Of a stretch of DNA of 64,000 nucleotides, positions 31,827 to 43,889 are shown in pieces. The stretch covers positions 1-64,000 of the forward strand of contig CAVWIP010000015.1 of NCBI GenBank assembly GCA_963755125.1, read 5' to 3'. The translations under genes and the position numbers were made by a program. Within the stretch, counting starts at the first letter, position 1, and every line of letters starts with the position of its first letter. Source of the stretch: an uncultured delta proteobacterium (GTDB taxonomy: Bacteria > Myxococcota_A > Polyangia > Fen-1088). Below the pieces are notes generated by a model, which was given only the letters and a program-made list of their open reading frames with translations, did no database searches and was not told the DNA's origin.

Positions 31827-32849
31827 ATGGCAGAGTCACGCGTTTCGTACAAGGAACTGGGCATCGTCAACACACGCGCGATGTTCAAGGCTGCGATGGC
31901 GGGCAAGTTCGCCATCCCGGCCTACAACTTCAACAACATGGAGCAGCTCCAGGCCATCGTGATGGGCTGCGTGGAATCCGATTCGCCCTTCATCCTCCAG
32001 GTCAGCTCGGGCGCCCGCAAGTACGCCAATCAGGTGCTGCTGCGCTACCTGGCCCAGGGCGCGCTGGCCATGATCCGCAGCACGGGCAGCAAGCTGAACT
32101 TCTCCCTGCACCTGGATCACGGCGACACCGTCGAGCTGTGCAAGTCGTGCGTCGACACCGGCTTCTCGTCGGTGATGATCGACTGTTCGCACCACCCGTT
32201 CGAGAAGAACATCGAGGAGACGCGCCAGGTGGTGGAATACGCCCACCAGCACGATGTCACCGTCGAGGGCGAGTTGGGCGTACTGGCCGGCATCGAGGAC
32301 GACGTGGTGGCGGCCAAGTCCATCTACACCCAGCCCGACGATGTCGAAAAGTTCGTCAAGGCCACCGGGGTGGATTCGCTGGCCATCTCCATCGGCACCT
32401 CGCATGGCGCGTACAAGTTCAAGCCCTCGCAGTGCACGCGCAACGCCAAGGGCGTGCTCGAGCCGCCTCCCCTGCGCTTCGACATCCTGGAGGAGGTCGA
32501 GAAGCGCATCCCCGGCTTCCCCATCGTGCTGCATGGGGCATCGTCGGTGGTGCTCAAGTACGTCGAGATGATCAACAAGTTCGGCGGCAAGCTGGACGAT
32601 GCGGTCGGCATTCCCGAGGAGCAACTGCGTCGCGCGGCCGGTTCCGCCGTGTGCAAGATCAACATCGACTCCGACGGCCGCCTGGCCATGACGGCGCTGA
32701 TTCGCAAGGCGCTGTGGGAGAATCCCAAGGAGTTCGATCCGCGCAAGTACCTGGGGCCGGCGCGTGACGAACTGAAGCTGCTCATTGCCGAGAAGAACCG
32801 CAACGTGCTCGGTTCCGCCGGACACGGCAAAGAAATCTTCGGCGCGTAG
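31827..32849 (+). CDS. fba: Fructose-bisphosphate aldolase class II
   Basis: AYNFNN, LHLDHG, SVMID, VEGELG, IGTSHGAYKF, VLHGAS, KINIDSD, DPRKYL. Confidence 0.95.
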   Translation: MAESRVSYKELGIVNTRAMFKAAMAGKFAIPAYNFNNMEQLQAIVMGCVESDSPFILQVSSGARKYANQVLLRYLAQGALAMIRSTGSKLNFSLHLDHGDTVELCKSCVDTGFSSVMIDCSHHPFEKNIEETRQVVEYAHQHDVTVEGELGVLAGIEDDVVAAKSIYTQPDDVEKFVKATGVDSLAISIGTSHGAYKFKPSQCTRNAKGVLEPPPLRFDILEEVEKRIPGFPIVLHGASSVVLKYVEMINKFGGKLDDAVGIPEEQLRRAAGSAVCKINIDSDGRLAMTALIRKALWENPKEFDPRKYLGPARDELKLLIAEKNRNVLGSAGHGKEIFGA

Positions 32850-32855
32850 GGGCTC

Positions 32856-32933
32856 TCGTGGTCGTGGCCGGGTGAAATGTCCGGCCACGGCCACGGCCAC
32901 GACCACGACCTCGGCCACGTCTACGATCACGAC
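32856..32933. repeat. Hexamer repeat tract forming a hairpin (possible terminator)
   Basis: TCGTGGTCGTGGCCGG...CCGGCCACGGCCACGG inverted pair followed by further CACGAC-like units. Confidence 0.65.
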
Positions 32934-32983
32934 TGCGGTTGTACGGGCAAGCACAGAGCGTGACGGTGTTACAATGATCGGCC

Positions 32984-33991
32984 ATGGCGCCCTGGCTGAA
33001 CTGTCCTCGTTGTGGTGCGCCCCGCAGCAAGGCCGGTTGCTGTGCAGCGTGCGGCGCGATTATTGGAGAGAACGGGCAACCTGAGCCTCGGTTGCCGGAC
33101 GTCCTCAGAGCCGAACCTCCATCGCCACCCAACCGCGAGCCGCTCGTGCGCCCGCGCTCCGCGACCCGCGAGCCGGCGTCTGATCAGTGGGTTTCTCCGC
33201 AGCCCGCGCCCGGGACTGTGCAGTGGAATCTGCCGGCTGAAGAGACGGCCATGGAACTGCGCATGCGCGTGCTGGCGCTTCCCTTGGCGATTTCCGTGGC
33301 CTGGGGCGTGGCCCACACCAGCATGCCCCACGCGCTCATGCGCATCTTTCTCAGCATGTGGATTCACGAGAGCGGACACGCGGTCACGGCGTGGCTGTGT
33401 GGTCTGCCCGCCTTTCCTGGTCCGTGGTTCACGCCCGTGGCGCAAGAACGAAGCTGGATCTTTGCCCTGTGCCTGGCTGCAGTTCTCGCCTTTTGTGCCG
33501 TGCGAGGCTGGCGCAGCAAACATCGCACAGCCGCCGTGCTGTGCGGAACTCTGCTCGTGCTTCAGGGATTCGGCACGCTGACGGTCAGCCTGCGCCGCGC
33601 GCACGAATGGATGATCTTCGGTGGCGACGCCGGGTGCATGGTGCTGGGCACCCTGCTCATGGGCACGCTCTACGTGCGCCGCGGCCATGTTCTCGCCCGG
33701 GGCTGGCTGCGCTGGGGTTTTCTGGTCATCGGCGCCGCAGCCTTCTGCGACGCCTACGCCACCTGGTGGGATGCGCGCAAGAACTTCGACACCATTCCGT
33801 TCGGCGAGAACGAGGGCTCGGGCCCAAGCGATCCCAGCCGGCTGGTGGGCGAGTACGGCTGGGGCGTCGGCGCTATGGTCCATCGCTACGTCGTGCTGGG
33901 AGCCTTGTGCTTGGCGGTACTGAGCGTGCTCTACGTCCTCGGGCTACGGCGTCGCGAGGTTGTCGCGCGCGAGCCGGACGCCGGAGAGTAG
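32984..33991 (+). CDS. Membrane protein, M50-like zinc metalloprotease, with N-terminal Cys ribbon
   Basis: CPRC..CAAC N-terminus, WIHESGH, several TM segments, GPSD motif. Confidence 0.6.
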   Translation: MAPWLNCPRCGAPRSKAGCCAACGAIIGENGQPEPRLPDVLRAEPPSPPNREPLVRPRSATREPASDQWVSPQPAPGTVQWNLPAEETAMELRMRVLALPLAISVAWGVAHTSMPHALMRIFLSMWIHESGHAVTAWLCGLPAFPGPWFTPVAQERSWIFALCLAAVLAFCAVRGWRSKHRTAAVLCGTLLVLQGFGTLTVSLRRAHEWMIFGGDAGCMVLGTLLMGTLYVRRGHVLARGWLRWGFLVIGAAAFCDAYATWWDARKNFDTIPFGENEGSGPSDPSRLVGEYGWGVGAMVHRYVVLGALCLAVLSVLYVLGLRRREVVAREPDAGE

Positions 33992-34086
33992 CGGTTCTTT
34001 TCGCGAGGAGCAGTCCGCCGGTAGCGGCGATCTGCCGTCGCCTTCGTGGATGTGGAACCGGCGCCACTGCTCGCGGTATACGATCG

Positions 34087-34506
34087 ATGGTGAAGCCAGC
34101 CCAGACCGCAAGGAAGCAACTGCTCGTGGTGGCCGCGCTCATCGAGCAAGAGGGGAGGGTGCTGGTGGCGCAGCGACGGGCCGACCAGACGCAACCGCTG
34201 GCCTGGGAATTCCCGGGCGGCAAGGTCGAGCCAGGTGAGTCACCCAGCCAGGCCCTGGCGCGCGAGATCCAAGAAGAGCTGGCGTGTTCGATCGAAGTGG
34301 GCGCTGTCGTCGACGTGGTGTTCTTCGCCTACGACACATTCGATCTCATCATGCCAGTGTATCGAGCCACAATTCGCGCGGGATCGCCCGTGGCACGGCA
34401 GGTGGCGGCGGTGGTCTGGGTCACGCGCGCCGAGCTTGCCGGCCTGGCCTTCACGTCCGCCGATGTGCCGCTGGCCCGCCGTCTTGCAGGCGAAACCAGA
34501 AGCTAG
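34087..34506 (+). CDS. NUDIX hydrolase (MutT/NudG-like)
   Basis: WEFPGGKVEPGESPSQALAREIQEEL Nudix box. Confidence 0.92.
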   Translation: MVKPAQTARKQLLVVAALIEQEGRVLVAQRRADQTQPLAWEFPGGKVEPGESPSQALAREIQEELACSIEVGAVVDVVFFAYDTFDLIMPVYRATIRAGSPVARQVAAVVWVTRAELAGLAFTSADVPLARRLAGETRS

Positions 34507-36084
34507 CTACGCCCCGCGGCTGTCGCTTCCCGGTGTTGCTGGCGGGGGCGCTTCGCTTTCGGGCGGCGGGGCCACATGCGGGTGGCGCAGAGCCTCGCGC
34601 GCGGCTTCGCGCGCGGCTGTGACCTGGGCCAGCTTGCACGCCCCGCAGAGTGCGGGTGCGGCCCAGTTGCCCAGGTGGGTTTGTAGCTGGCTCTCCGGCG
34701 GCCAGTAGATGGGCGTGCCACACTGGATGCAGGGGATTTCCTGCGTCTTTCGGCCGGCCAGAAACTCGGCGCAGGCCGAGCAACGCCGTTCAGGTGGCTG
34801 CGGTTCGCGTCGGCGGCGGTTCTTCTTGCCCTTGCCCGGCGCGGGCGCGGCAGGTGTCGCGGCGGAAGGCGCCTGGGCAGTCTCTGCCGCGGGCGCGGTC
34901 TCGCTCGCGCTGGCTGCGGCGTCGGGCGCAACTGCCACAGCCGGCTCAGCCGCAGGAACGCCGTCGCTGCCGGCAGGGAGAACCGGGGCCGCAGCGGGTG
35001 CGCCCTCGACCGGCGGTGGCTCCTTGAACTTGGGCCGCACCCCGGCCGCGAGTTGCTGTTCCTTGCTCCAGGTGAAGGTTCCCGGGCAGCCGTCGGTCCG
35101 ACAGGGGATCTCCCGATCCTCGAGATCCCCCAGCTCCTTTTCACAGTCGCCGCAGTAGCGTGGGTAAGGCTCCGCGCTCTTGCCGCGCACCAGGCGGGCC
35201 AGTTGCGCACCCCGCTTGTCGCTCCAGGTGCCCTTGCACCCAGCGCGCCGGCAGGGCCGCTCCACGTCCTTGAGGCTGCTCCACAGATCGAAGCAGCGCT
35301 GGCACATGCGCGACGGCGCCTTGGGTGCCGGCTTGTCGGCCACGCAGGTATCGAGTTGATCGCTGCGCGTCCAAGTCCAGGTTGTCTTGCAGCCCGAGGT
35401 GCGGCAGCGGATCTCGCGATCGCCCAGCTTGCCGAATTCGGCACGGCACTCGGCGCACATGCGCCGGGGCGGCTCGTTGGGCTTGCCGGCGGCGAAGGCC
35501 TGGATCTGGTCGTTCGCCTTCCACGTCCACTTGCGCGAGCACCCGATGATGCCGCAGTTGACCGCCCGGTCCTTCAGCTTGCGCGCGACTTGAGCACAGG
35601 GCTCACACAGCAGGCCCGGAATGGTCACGCCCTCGAGCGACGGCGCCGCCTCGGCAGACGGCTCGCCCTGCGATACCAGCTGTTGTTCGCGGGTGAGGGT
35701 GGCAGTGCGTGTGCAGCCGGGCACGGCGCAGGGGATTTCCTTGTCCTGCAGGCTGTCGAGCAGCTTCTGGCAGTCTTCGCACAAGTGCTTGGGCGCAGGC
35801 CGCTTGGTCGCAAACGCTTCCAGTTGGGCCATCACCGGCCAGGTCCAAGTACCGGTGCAGCCCTTGCGGTCGCAGGGGCGCAACGAATCTTGCAAAGTGC
35901 GGAACTTCTCTCGGCACGGGTCGCACATGCCCTCCGTGGCATCGCCAGCAGCGGGCGCCATGCTTCCCCCCAGGCCGAAGGCCTTGTTCGAGAGTTGGAT
36001 CCATGTCCGGCTGCAACCGGCAACCCGGCAAGGCACCGACTTGGCGCCCAGCCTGTCGGCAAGGGTGAATTTTCCTGCGGCCAT
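34507..36084 (-). CDS. Cys-rich protein with eight tandem zinc-ribbon-like repeats
   Basis: Repeated D-x3-4-C-x4-C-x3-W-x-W...Q...P-x2-3-C-x2-C units. Confidence 0.75.
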   Translation of the reverse strand: MAAGKFTLADRLGAKSVPCRVAGCSRTWIQLSNKAFGLGGSMAPAAGDATEGMCDPCREKFRTLQDSLRPCDRKGCTGTWTWPVMAQLEAFATKRPAPKHLCEDCQKLLDSLQDKEIPCAVPGCTRTATLTREQQLVSQGEPSAEAAPSLEGVTIPGLLCEPCAQVARKLKDRAVNCGIIGCSRKWTWKANDQIQAFAAGKPNEPPRRMCAECRAEFGKLGDREIRCRTSGCKTTWTWTRSDQLDTCVADKPAPKAPSRMCQRCFDLWSSLKDVERPCRRAGCKGTWSDKRGAQLARLVRGKSAEPYPRYCGDCEKELGDLEDREIPCRTDGCPGTFTWSKEQQLAAGVRPKFKEPPPVEGAPAAAPVLPAGSDGVPAAEPAVAVAPDAAASASETAPAAETAQAPSAATPAAPAPGKGKKNRRRREPQPPERRCSACAEFLAGRKTQEIPCIQCGTPIYWPPESQLQTHLGNWAAPALCGACKLAQVTAAREAAREALRHPHVAPPPESEAPPPATPGSDSRGA

Positions 36085-36217
36085 CGGAAAGGCTCGTATG
36101 GTGGCAAAGATAGCCTGCCCAAAGCAAGCAACAAGTCGATGTCGCTGACTCGCGGCGGCAAGGACCGTTTTTGGGTTGACTGCGCCGTTGCTCTCTCCCC
36201 ATCCTTGGGCGCTCGCA

Positions 36218-37618
36218 ATGCAAATAACGATCGAAGACATTTCCCCGGTTGAGAAACGAGTTGACTTTGAAGTCCCCTGGGAGGACGTGGCGCCCCGGCT
36301 GCACACCGCCTACGAGAAGCTGCGGCGTGAGGCGCACCTCAAGGGGTTCCGTCCCGGCAAGGTTCCGCGGCAGGTCATCGAGCGCCTGTACCGCAACCAG
36401 GTCGAGGGTGAGGTGGCGGGTGATCTGGTCGAGCTGTCCATCCGGCAAGCCGTCGACGAGAAGCAGATTCAACCGGTGGCCCCGCCCTCCATCGAGAAAC
36501 TGGAGCTGAAGCAGAACGAGCCTTTGCGCTTCTCGGCGCGCATCGAGGTGCGCGCGCAGGTGTCGCCCAAGGACTACTCCGGCATCCGCGTGTCGCGCCG
36601 GCCGACCAAGGTCACCGACGAGCAGGTGGCGCAGGCGCTGGAGGGCTATCGCCGGCAACACACGGCATTCCTGCCGGTCGAGGGGCGCGAGCTGACAGCG
36701 GACGACGATCTCTTGCGGGTCGAAGTCCATGGCAAGGTGGGCGAGCACAAGATCAAGACCAAGACCGTCACGGTGGACCTGGCCGACGAGAACGCCGGGG
36801 GCTTGCCCGGTCTGGCGCCACGCCTGCGCGGCGTGCCCGTGAACGCTTCCGGCCTGGAGCTTCGCTACCGGCTGGGTGACGACATCGCCATCAAGAGCCT
36901 GGCGGGCAAGGAGATCAGCCTGCGCGTGACCATCAAGGAGGCGCGCGGCCGCAAGGTGCCGGCGCTCGATGACGAACTGGCCAAGGACACGGGCGAGGCC
37001 GACACGCTGGAGCAGTTGAAGACGAAGGTGCGCGATAAACTGGTCGAGGCGGACAAGCAGCGCATCCGGCGCGAGATGGCCTCGGCCCTGGTCAAGGAGG
37101 TGGTGAGGCGCAACGATTTCCCCATCGCGCCCTCGCTGATTGACCGGCACGCCGAGACCATCGTCATGCGGGTCAAGGCCCAGCTCATGCTGGCGGGCAT
37201 CGATGTGGAGGCGGAGGGCGGCTTCGACCAAGAGGCCATGAAGAAAGAGGTGCGTGCCGAGGCCGAGGAGTCGGCGCGGGCCAGCGTGCTTCTGCGTGCC
37301 ATCGCCGAGCGCGAGGGGGTGCAGGTCGACGCGGGCGATGTGCAGAAACGATTGGTCGAGCTGGCCAATGCGCGCGGCGAGAACGTCAACAAGCTCAAGA
37401 CCGAGCTGGAGCACTCGGGCCGCATCGAGGGCGTTCGCGCGCAACTGCTGGAGGAGAAGGCGCTTGATATGCTCCTGGCCCAGGCTAAGATCGTTGACGA
37501 AGATCCGGACAGCTTGATTGTCACACCGGATCAGGTCGGCGGGCAGCGACTGGTTCTCACCCCGGAGGAAGCGGTCGCCGAGGCCCGGAAAAAGGGCGGC
37601 GAGCCGCCCGGAAAGTAG
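36218..37618 (+). CDS. tig: Trigger factor
   Basis: [10 protein letters not shown] ribosome-binding motif, PALDDELAK; upstream of clpP/clpX. Confidence 0.93.
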   Translation: MQITIEDISPVEKRVDFEVPWEDVAPRLHTAYEKLRREAHLKGFRPGKVPRQVIERLYRNQVEGEVAGDLVELSIRQAVDEKQIQPVAPPSIEKLELKQNEPLRFSARIEVRAQVSPKDYSGIRVSRRPTKVTDEQVAQALEGYRRQHTAFLPVEGRELTADDDLLRVEVHGKVGEHKIKTKTVTVDLADENAGGLPGLAPRLRGVPVNASGLELRYRLGDDIAIKSLAGKEISLRVTIKEARGRKVPALDDELAKDTGEADTLEQLKTKVRDKLVEADKQRIRREMASALVKEVVRRNDFPIAPSLIDRHAETIVMRVKAQLMLAGIDVEAEGGFDQEAMKKEVRAEAEESARASVLLRAIAEREGVQVDAGDVQKRLVELANARGENVNKLKTELEHSGRIEGVRAQLLEEKALDMLLAQAKIVDEDPDSLIVTPDQVGGQRLVLTPEEAVAEARKKGGEPPGK

Positions 37619-37623
37619 TCTCC

Positions 37624-38271
37624 ATGCAGGATCCACGAAATCCGATGTCGGCCATGCCGCCCGTGACCGGCAATTTCATCATCCCGACGGTGATCGAGCA
37701 AACCCACCGCGGCGAGCGCGGCTGGGACATCTTCTCGCGCTTGCTCAAGGATCGCATCATCTTCCTGGGCAGCGCGGTGGACGATCAGATCGCCAACATC
37801 GTGATCGCCCAGCTTCTGTTCCTGGAGAGCGAGGATCCCGACAAGGACGTCATGCTGTACATCAACTCGCCGGGAGGCATGGTGACCGCGGGCATGGCCA
37901 TATACGACACCATGCAGTACGTGCGGCCCGACGTGGCCACCTTCTGCATGGGCCAGGCGGCGTCGATGGGCGCGTTCCTTCTGGCCGGCGGGGCGAAAGG
38001 CAAGCGCTACGCCCTGCCGCACTCACGCATCTTGATCCACCAGCCGCTGGGCGGCTTCTCGGGTCAGGCCACCGACGTGGACATCCACGCGCGCGAGATC
38101 CTGAAAACGCGCGACAACCTGAACGAGTTGCTGGTCAAGCACACCGGCCAGCCCATGGAACGCATCAAGCACGACACCGAGCGCGACTACTTCATGAGCC
38201 CGGCCGAGGCCAAGGAGTACGGGATCGTGGATGAAGTCATCGCCCACAAGAACCACGGCAAAGACAAGTAG
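37624..38271 (+). CDS. clpP: Clp protease proteolytic subunit
   Basis: [38 protein letters not shown]. Confidence 0.98.
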   Translation: MQDPRNPMSAMPPVTGNFIIPTVIEQTHRGERGWDIFSRLLKDRIIFLGSAVDDQIANIVIAQLLFLESEDPDKDVMLYINSPGGMVTAGMAIYDTMQYVRPDVATFCMGQAASMGAFLLAGGAKGKRYALPHSRILIHQPLGGFSGQATDVDIHAREILKTRDNLNELLVKHTGQPMERIKHDTERDYFMSPAEAKEYGIVDEVIAHKNHGKDK

Positions 38272-38315
38272 GCCGGAGGGTGGCGGTGGGGCAGGCGCGG
38301 TGCTAACGTTCTTCT

Positions 38316-39578
<1,263 letters not shown>

Positions 39579-39599
39579 CAGACCCCGACTTCGAAACCC

Positions 39600-40643
39600 A
39601 TGGACGAAGAACTGCCCATCGAGACGAGTGCTGCCGAAGTTCAATGGGCACCGCCCCCGCCGAAGCGAAGCTGGGTCAGGCGCGTGCTGTTGCTCGAGGA
39701 TCGAATCGCAGCATCCTGCCAGCGGCAGTTCGAACCCGGTCAGCCCGGCCACGCCCAGTTCGATATCGCCCTTCGCGCCAGTCGCTGCGGCGAGGCGCTG
39801 TTCGCCCAGCGTACCGCACTGAGCGCCGAGGACGCCACGCCCGCGGCTCTCAGCTTGTTTCGCGAAGCCCTGTGGTGGGCGCTGACGGCCGATGCGCTGC
39901 ACCGGGGGCAGGTTGCACCATCCACGCCGGCAGAGGCATGGGACGCGGCTGTCAGCCAGCGCGAGACGGGTTTGGCGACACTCAGCACGGAAACGCTGAT
40001 GCTGGCCCGTCGCACCTTCGTGGAGCGCAGCTTTCTTGCGAGCGCGAGTCTTGAATTCGAGGAAAACCGAAAGGAACTGATCGCACTTCGTGTTGCCACC
40101 GATCGCGTGATCGCCGGCCTGAATGAAGCTGCCGTTTCGCTTCGTTACCTGCGCGCGGTCAGGATTGTCCGATTGGCCACGACAATCGTCTGCATTGTGG
40201 CTCTGCTGGTTGCGGGGGGGGTGCAAGTCCAGAGCTACCGTCGCGGACCCAACCTGGCGTTGCATCGTCCAATACTGACCAGCAGCATTTTGCCAGGCAC
40301 TGCAGACCCAAGCGAGGCTGTCGACGGCGTGACGTCGGTGCAGGGGTTCCACACGCAGGAGGAATACCAGCCCTGGATACGCATCGATCTCGGCAAGGCC
40401 ACGTCGGTGCGCGAAGTCGTGGCGTACAACTGCGCCGAGTTCCGGTCCCGGGCAATTCCGCTGGTCGTCGAGTTGAGCACGGACGGCGAGCGATGGACGG
40501 AAGTCGGTCGACGGGAAAAGGTGTTCTCCACCTGGTCGGCTGCGTTCAAGCCAGCACTGGCTCGCTACGTGCGGCTGCGAGTCGCCGGAAGAACGTATCT
40601 GCACCTTAACGAGATCGAAGTGTACGGCGGGCGCCGCCAGTAG
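39600..40643 (+). CDS. Membrane protein with C-terminal discoidin (F5/8 type C) domain
   Basis: One TM segment then NLALHRP...AVDG...FHT...PWIRIDLG...ARYVRL...LNEIEVYG. Confidence 0.75.
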   Translation: MDEELPIETSAAEVQWAPPPPKRSWVRRVLLLEDRIAASCQRQFEPGQPGHAQFDIALRASRCGEALFAQRTALSAEDATPAALSLFREALWWALTADALHRGQVAPSTPAEAWDAAVSQRETGLATLSTETLMLARRTFVERSFLASASLEFEENRKELIALRVATDRVIAGLNEAAVSLRYLRAVRIVRLATTIVCIVALLVAGGVQVQSYRRGPNLALHRPILTSSILPGTADPSEAVDGVTSVQGFHTQEEYQPWIRIDLGKATSVREVVAYNCAEFRSRAIPLVVELSTDGERWTEVGRREKVFSTWSAAFKPALARYVRLRVAGRTYLHLNEIEVYGGRRQ

Positions 40644-40711
40644 TCCGTCGTGCTCCAATGGGCGGGCATTGGGGGAATCGGTCGAGATTCCCCGTGCGAT
40701 GTCCGACGCGC

Positions 40712-42787
40712 CTACGGTATTCCGAGCTGCCTCTTCCCCTCGCTGTTGCGCGCTTGGGAGTATCCCTTGCGCCAGAGTTGGAAGTTCCCACGCGAGTCAA
40801 CCAGCCCGTAGTTGCTGGTGGCAAGGGCCGCAACCATGGCGTCGCGGCTCTCACCACCCCGCGCTTCGGCGATCGACAGCAGCAGGTAGTCGGCGTCCTG
40901 ATAGCCCATGCGCATGGTGAAGCAGTCCTCTCGACTGGACACATGGGCGGCTTCGGTTTCCGTTGCAGTGACCGACACCTTGGGGGGGATCATCGCCACC
41001 AGCGCATAGAAGTCGTTGTGATTTTTTATGTCCTCCACGCTCTTATCGAAAACGACATGCCGGAATCCCCCTTGGAATGTGTTGTGTTGGAAGATCGCAC
41101 CATGGTTGTAGCTCATGGCGGTCGAGGTAACGACCATGGCGGCAAGTGCAGCCGCGATGCGCGGCTTCCCGTCCGGCCTGTGCTTCCAGCTCGCCAGGAC
41201 GATGGCGCCCGCCACGAAGAGATAGGCAGTCCAGTAGGAGGTATATTGAAAAGAAGTTTGAACGACGGGCTGGTATCCAGTGGACAGAAGGGTGAACAGA
41301 GCAGCCGGCACGAGCAGCAACCAGGTGCGTGCGTGTCGGAACGGCAAGAGCAACACCGGGGCCAATATCTTCATCACATAGACGAACTTGTCTGGTACGA
41401 GGATGGTGTTTAGGGCAAAGACCGGATTGGAAAACACCGAACGCAGCGCCGACCCGAAACCCTGCTCGCCGCTGGGAATGAGACCGGCGAAGATCCATGC
41501 GAACGCCTCACTGCCTTCACTGTGCGCGGGCATGACGATGAACTTCATGACCACGAAGAACACGGCCGAGAGCACAGCCCCGCCGAGAGCCCAGCGGGGA
41601 CGATCGCCGGACACCAGATAGAAAAGGCCCGCCATGGCCAGCCCGGCGCTCTGGTCTTCGCGCAGGAGCGCGGCGGCGAACCACGCCGCGATCAGCAGCC
41701 CGCGGCGCCCGCTCTCGAAGAAATACAACACCCAGCCGACAAAGAACGGGGCCAAGGTGAGAAAGTGGAAATCGTAGAAGATCGGGCCGTGCAATGGTCC
41801 ATAGACGATGTACGCGTAGGCGAAAGCCAAGCCTGCGACCGCGCTATCCAGACGCCGCCTCGCGATGAGGAAGATGGGAATCGCGCCTGCGCCGCAAAGA
41901 ACCGCCTGCATGATCAACAGCGTGGAGGCCTTCTGTCTCAACGCATAGAACGGGGCAAGCAGATAGGCGACGAACTCGGCGTGATACGCCATGTGCGTGC
42001 CCGTGCGCCCGAGCGAAGGTGAGATCTTGAACCACTTGCCGCGCAGGAGATTCCAGAACTCATTGTCGTAGACCGCAAGGTCCAGGCTTTGGGTCTGCAA
42101 ACGGTAGTGATGCAGAAGCGTGTAGTGACTGAAGTACACGGCAAAGAAGACGGCCATTGTGCCGATGAGCACGCCTGGTACCCAGCGCACCAGTCTTGGG
42201 TTGTGTCGGCAAGTTTCGCTCCACAGTTGGACGGCTGCCGGACATCGCAGGGCAGAAAAAGAGACACGCAAGCAGTGCTCGAGTGCGATGCCGAACACGG
42301 CGCCGGTGAGCGCGCACGAGAGCTCGTGACCCTGAAACACGTGCCAGTCGAACAAGAACGGGAGTACGAAGACGAGCATCAGCGGCGAGATGACTCGACC
42401 TGCGCGTGCCACCAGATCGACGGCCTGCTGTGACCGCTTCTGCAACAGGTAGGCGCAGGGCAAGAGGCAGGCGAAAATTCCCGCGATGACGATGTAAGAC
42501 AGGATGGCACGGCGGTCGGCTGCGGATATCGTGTTGTTGTTGGAGACGAGCTCGGGAAGGTGCTCGTAGGAAACGAACGCGAGCGCCGCACCGATCGAGG
42601 CCCCCGATAGGAAGAAGAGAAAGAAGGACCGAACGAGCTGACTCAGAGCGCTGAGCGGTGCGGTCGGATCGACTCCGACGCCATGCTGTCGCACCTCGGG
42701 CGTCGGCTTCGCTTCGAACGGTCGCTGAGCGACGGGGAAGGGATTCAGGAAACCTTCGCGACTGGGCATGATTCGCTTCTCCCCCAT
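40712..42787 (-). CDS. DUF2079 family polytopic membrane protein (GT-C-like)
   Basis: Many TM segments; DLAVYDN, H.E, YDFH, LLRED, FQY motifs. Confidence 0.75.
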   Translation of the reverse strand: MGEKRIMPSREGFLNPFPVAQRPFEAKPTPEVRQHGVGVDPTAPLSALSQLVRSFFLFFLSGASIGAALAFVSYEHLPELVSNNNTISAADRRAILSYIVIAGIFACLLPCAYLLQKRSQQAVDLVARAGRVISPLMLVFVLPFLFDWHVFQGHELSCALTGAVFGIALEHCLRVSFSALRCPAAVQLWSETCRHNPRLVRWVPGVLIGTMAVFFAVYFSHYTLLHHYRLQTQSLDLAVYDNEFWNLLRGKWFKISPSLGRTGTHMAYHAEFVAYLLAPFYALRQKASTLLIMQAVLCGAGAIPIFLIARRRLDSAVAGLAFAYAYIVYGPLHGPIFYDFHFLTLAPFFVGWVLYFFESGRRGLLIAAWFAAALLREDQSAGLAMAGLFYLVSGDRPRWALGGAVLSAVFFVVMKFIVMPAHSEGSEAFAWIFAGLIPSGEQGFGSALRSVFSNPVFALNTILVPDKFVYVMKILAPVLLLPFRHARTWLLLVPAALFTLLSTGYQPVVQTSFQYTSYWTAYLFVAGAIVLASWKHRPDGKPRIAAALAAMVVTSTAMSYNHGAIFQHNTFQGGFRHVVFDKSVEDIKNHNDFYALVAMIPPKVSVTATETEAAHVSSREDCFTMRMGYQDADYLLLSIAEARGGESRDAMVAALATSNYGLVDSRGNFQLWRKGYSQARNSEGKRQLGIP

Positions 42788-42890
42788 CCTTCTTCAAGTG
42801 GACAGGTGGCGCAAACATTTTTCTGGATCCTTCAGGTATCGCTCGGTTCTTCACTACCCGGGAATGAGGTAGTCTTGCAGGGGAGGCCGT

Positions 42891-43889
42891 GTGACGTTGC
42901 CACTTTGTGACCGATTTCCTGGGACCAAGCGCCTCGCCCATGTGGCGCTTGGTCGCTTCCCCACACCGGTCGAGCCAGCGCCGAGGTTGGCTCGGCGGCT
43001 TGGCATACAGTCCCTCTTCGTCAAGCGGGACGACATCTCAGGCGACGCCTACGGCGGAAACAAGGTTCGCAAGCTGGAGTTTCTCCTGGGCCAGGCGCTG
43101 GTCGAGAACCGGCGTGCGGTGATCACCTTCGGAGCGGTCGGCTCCAATCACGTGCGAGCGACGGCAGTCTACGGCGGGCAAGTGGGGCTGCAGGTGCATG
43201 CCGTGCTTGCCCCGCAACCGTCCACGCCCAATCTGGAGGCGAACCTGTCCGCCGATCGGGCTGCCGGCGCCACTTTGCACTTCGTCGATTCATACGGCCA
43301 GGCGCTCAGTCGCGGCGCCGAGTTGCGCGACGAGATCGCACGGCGCGATGGGATTGAGCCGTTCGTCATTCCCTTCGGCGGAACCAACGCGCGAGGAACC
43401 ATCGGGTTCGTGAACGCGGCGATCGAGCTGGCCGGACAGATTGACGCCGGCGCGCTGCCGGAGCCAGACCTCATCTATGTCCCATATGGCTCGACCGGGA
43501 CAGCCAACGGGCTGGCCATCGGACTGGCAGCGGTGGGACTACGAACTTCCGTGATCGGCGTGCGCGTCGTCCCGGCCGAGTCCACCAACCCCGTGCGCAG
43601 CAGGCGTATCATGGAGGAAGCGGTCGCCTTGCTGCACGAACTCGATGCTGGCTTCCCGTCGCTGAAGCCGGAAGGCGTGGCGCTCGCAGTCCGTGACGGC
43701 TTTCTCGGCGACGGATACGCGGCGGCCACGGCGGAGAGTGAGGAGGCGGTGTCCCTGGCGGAAGCAAACAACATTCACATCGAGACGACCTACACCGGCA
43801 AGGCACTGGCCGCCCTGGTCGCCGACACCGGGGCCGGCAAGCTAGCCGGGAAGACGGCGCTGTTCTGGAACACGTACAATTCGCGCTGA
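42891..43889 (+). CDS. D-cysteine desulfhydrase / ACC deaminase family PLP enzyme
   Basis: FPTP, KRDD, GGNKVRKLEF, SNH, GSTGT, YTGKA. Confidence 0.9.
   Translation: MTLPLCDRFPGTKRLAHVALGRFPTPVEPAPRLARRLGIQSLFVKRDDISGDAYGGNKVRKLEFLLGQALVENRRAVITFGAVGSNHVRATAVYGGQVGLQVHAVLAPQPSTPNLEANLSADRAAGATLHFVDSYGQALSRGAELRDEIARRDGIEPFVIPFGGTNARGTIGFVNAAIELAGQIDAGALPEPDLIYVPYGSTGTANGLAIGLAAVGLRTSVIGVRVVPAESTNPVRSRRIMEEAVALLHELDAGFPSLKPEGVALAVRDGFLGDGYAAATAESEEAVSLAEANNIHIETTYTGKALAALVADTGAGKLAGKTALFWNTYNSR

Noticed and set aside
32856..32933. CRISPR array
   Set aside because: Hexamer microsatellite without spacers; no repeat-spacer array or cas gene seen anywhere in the window
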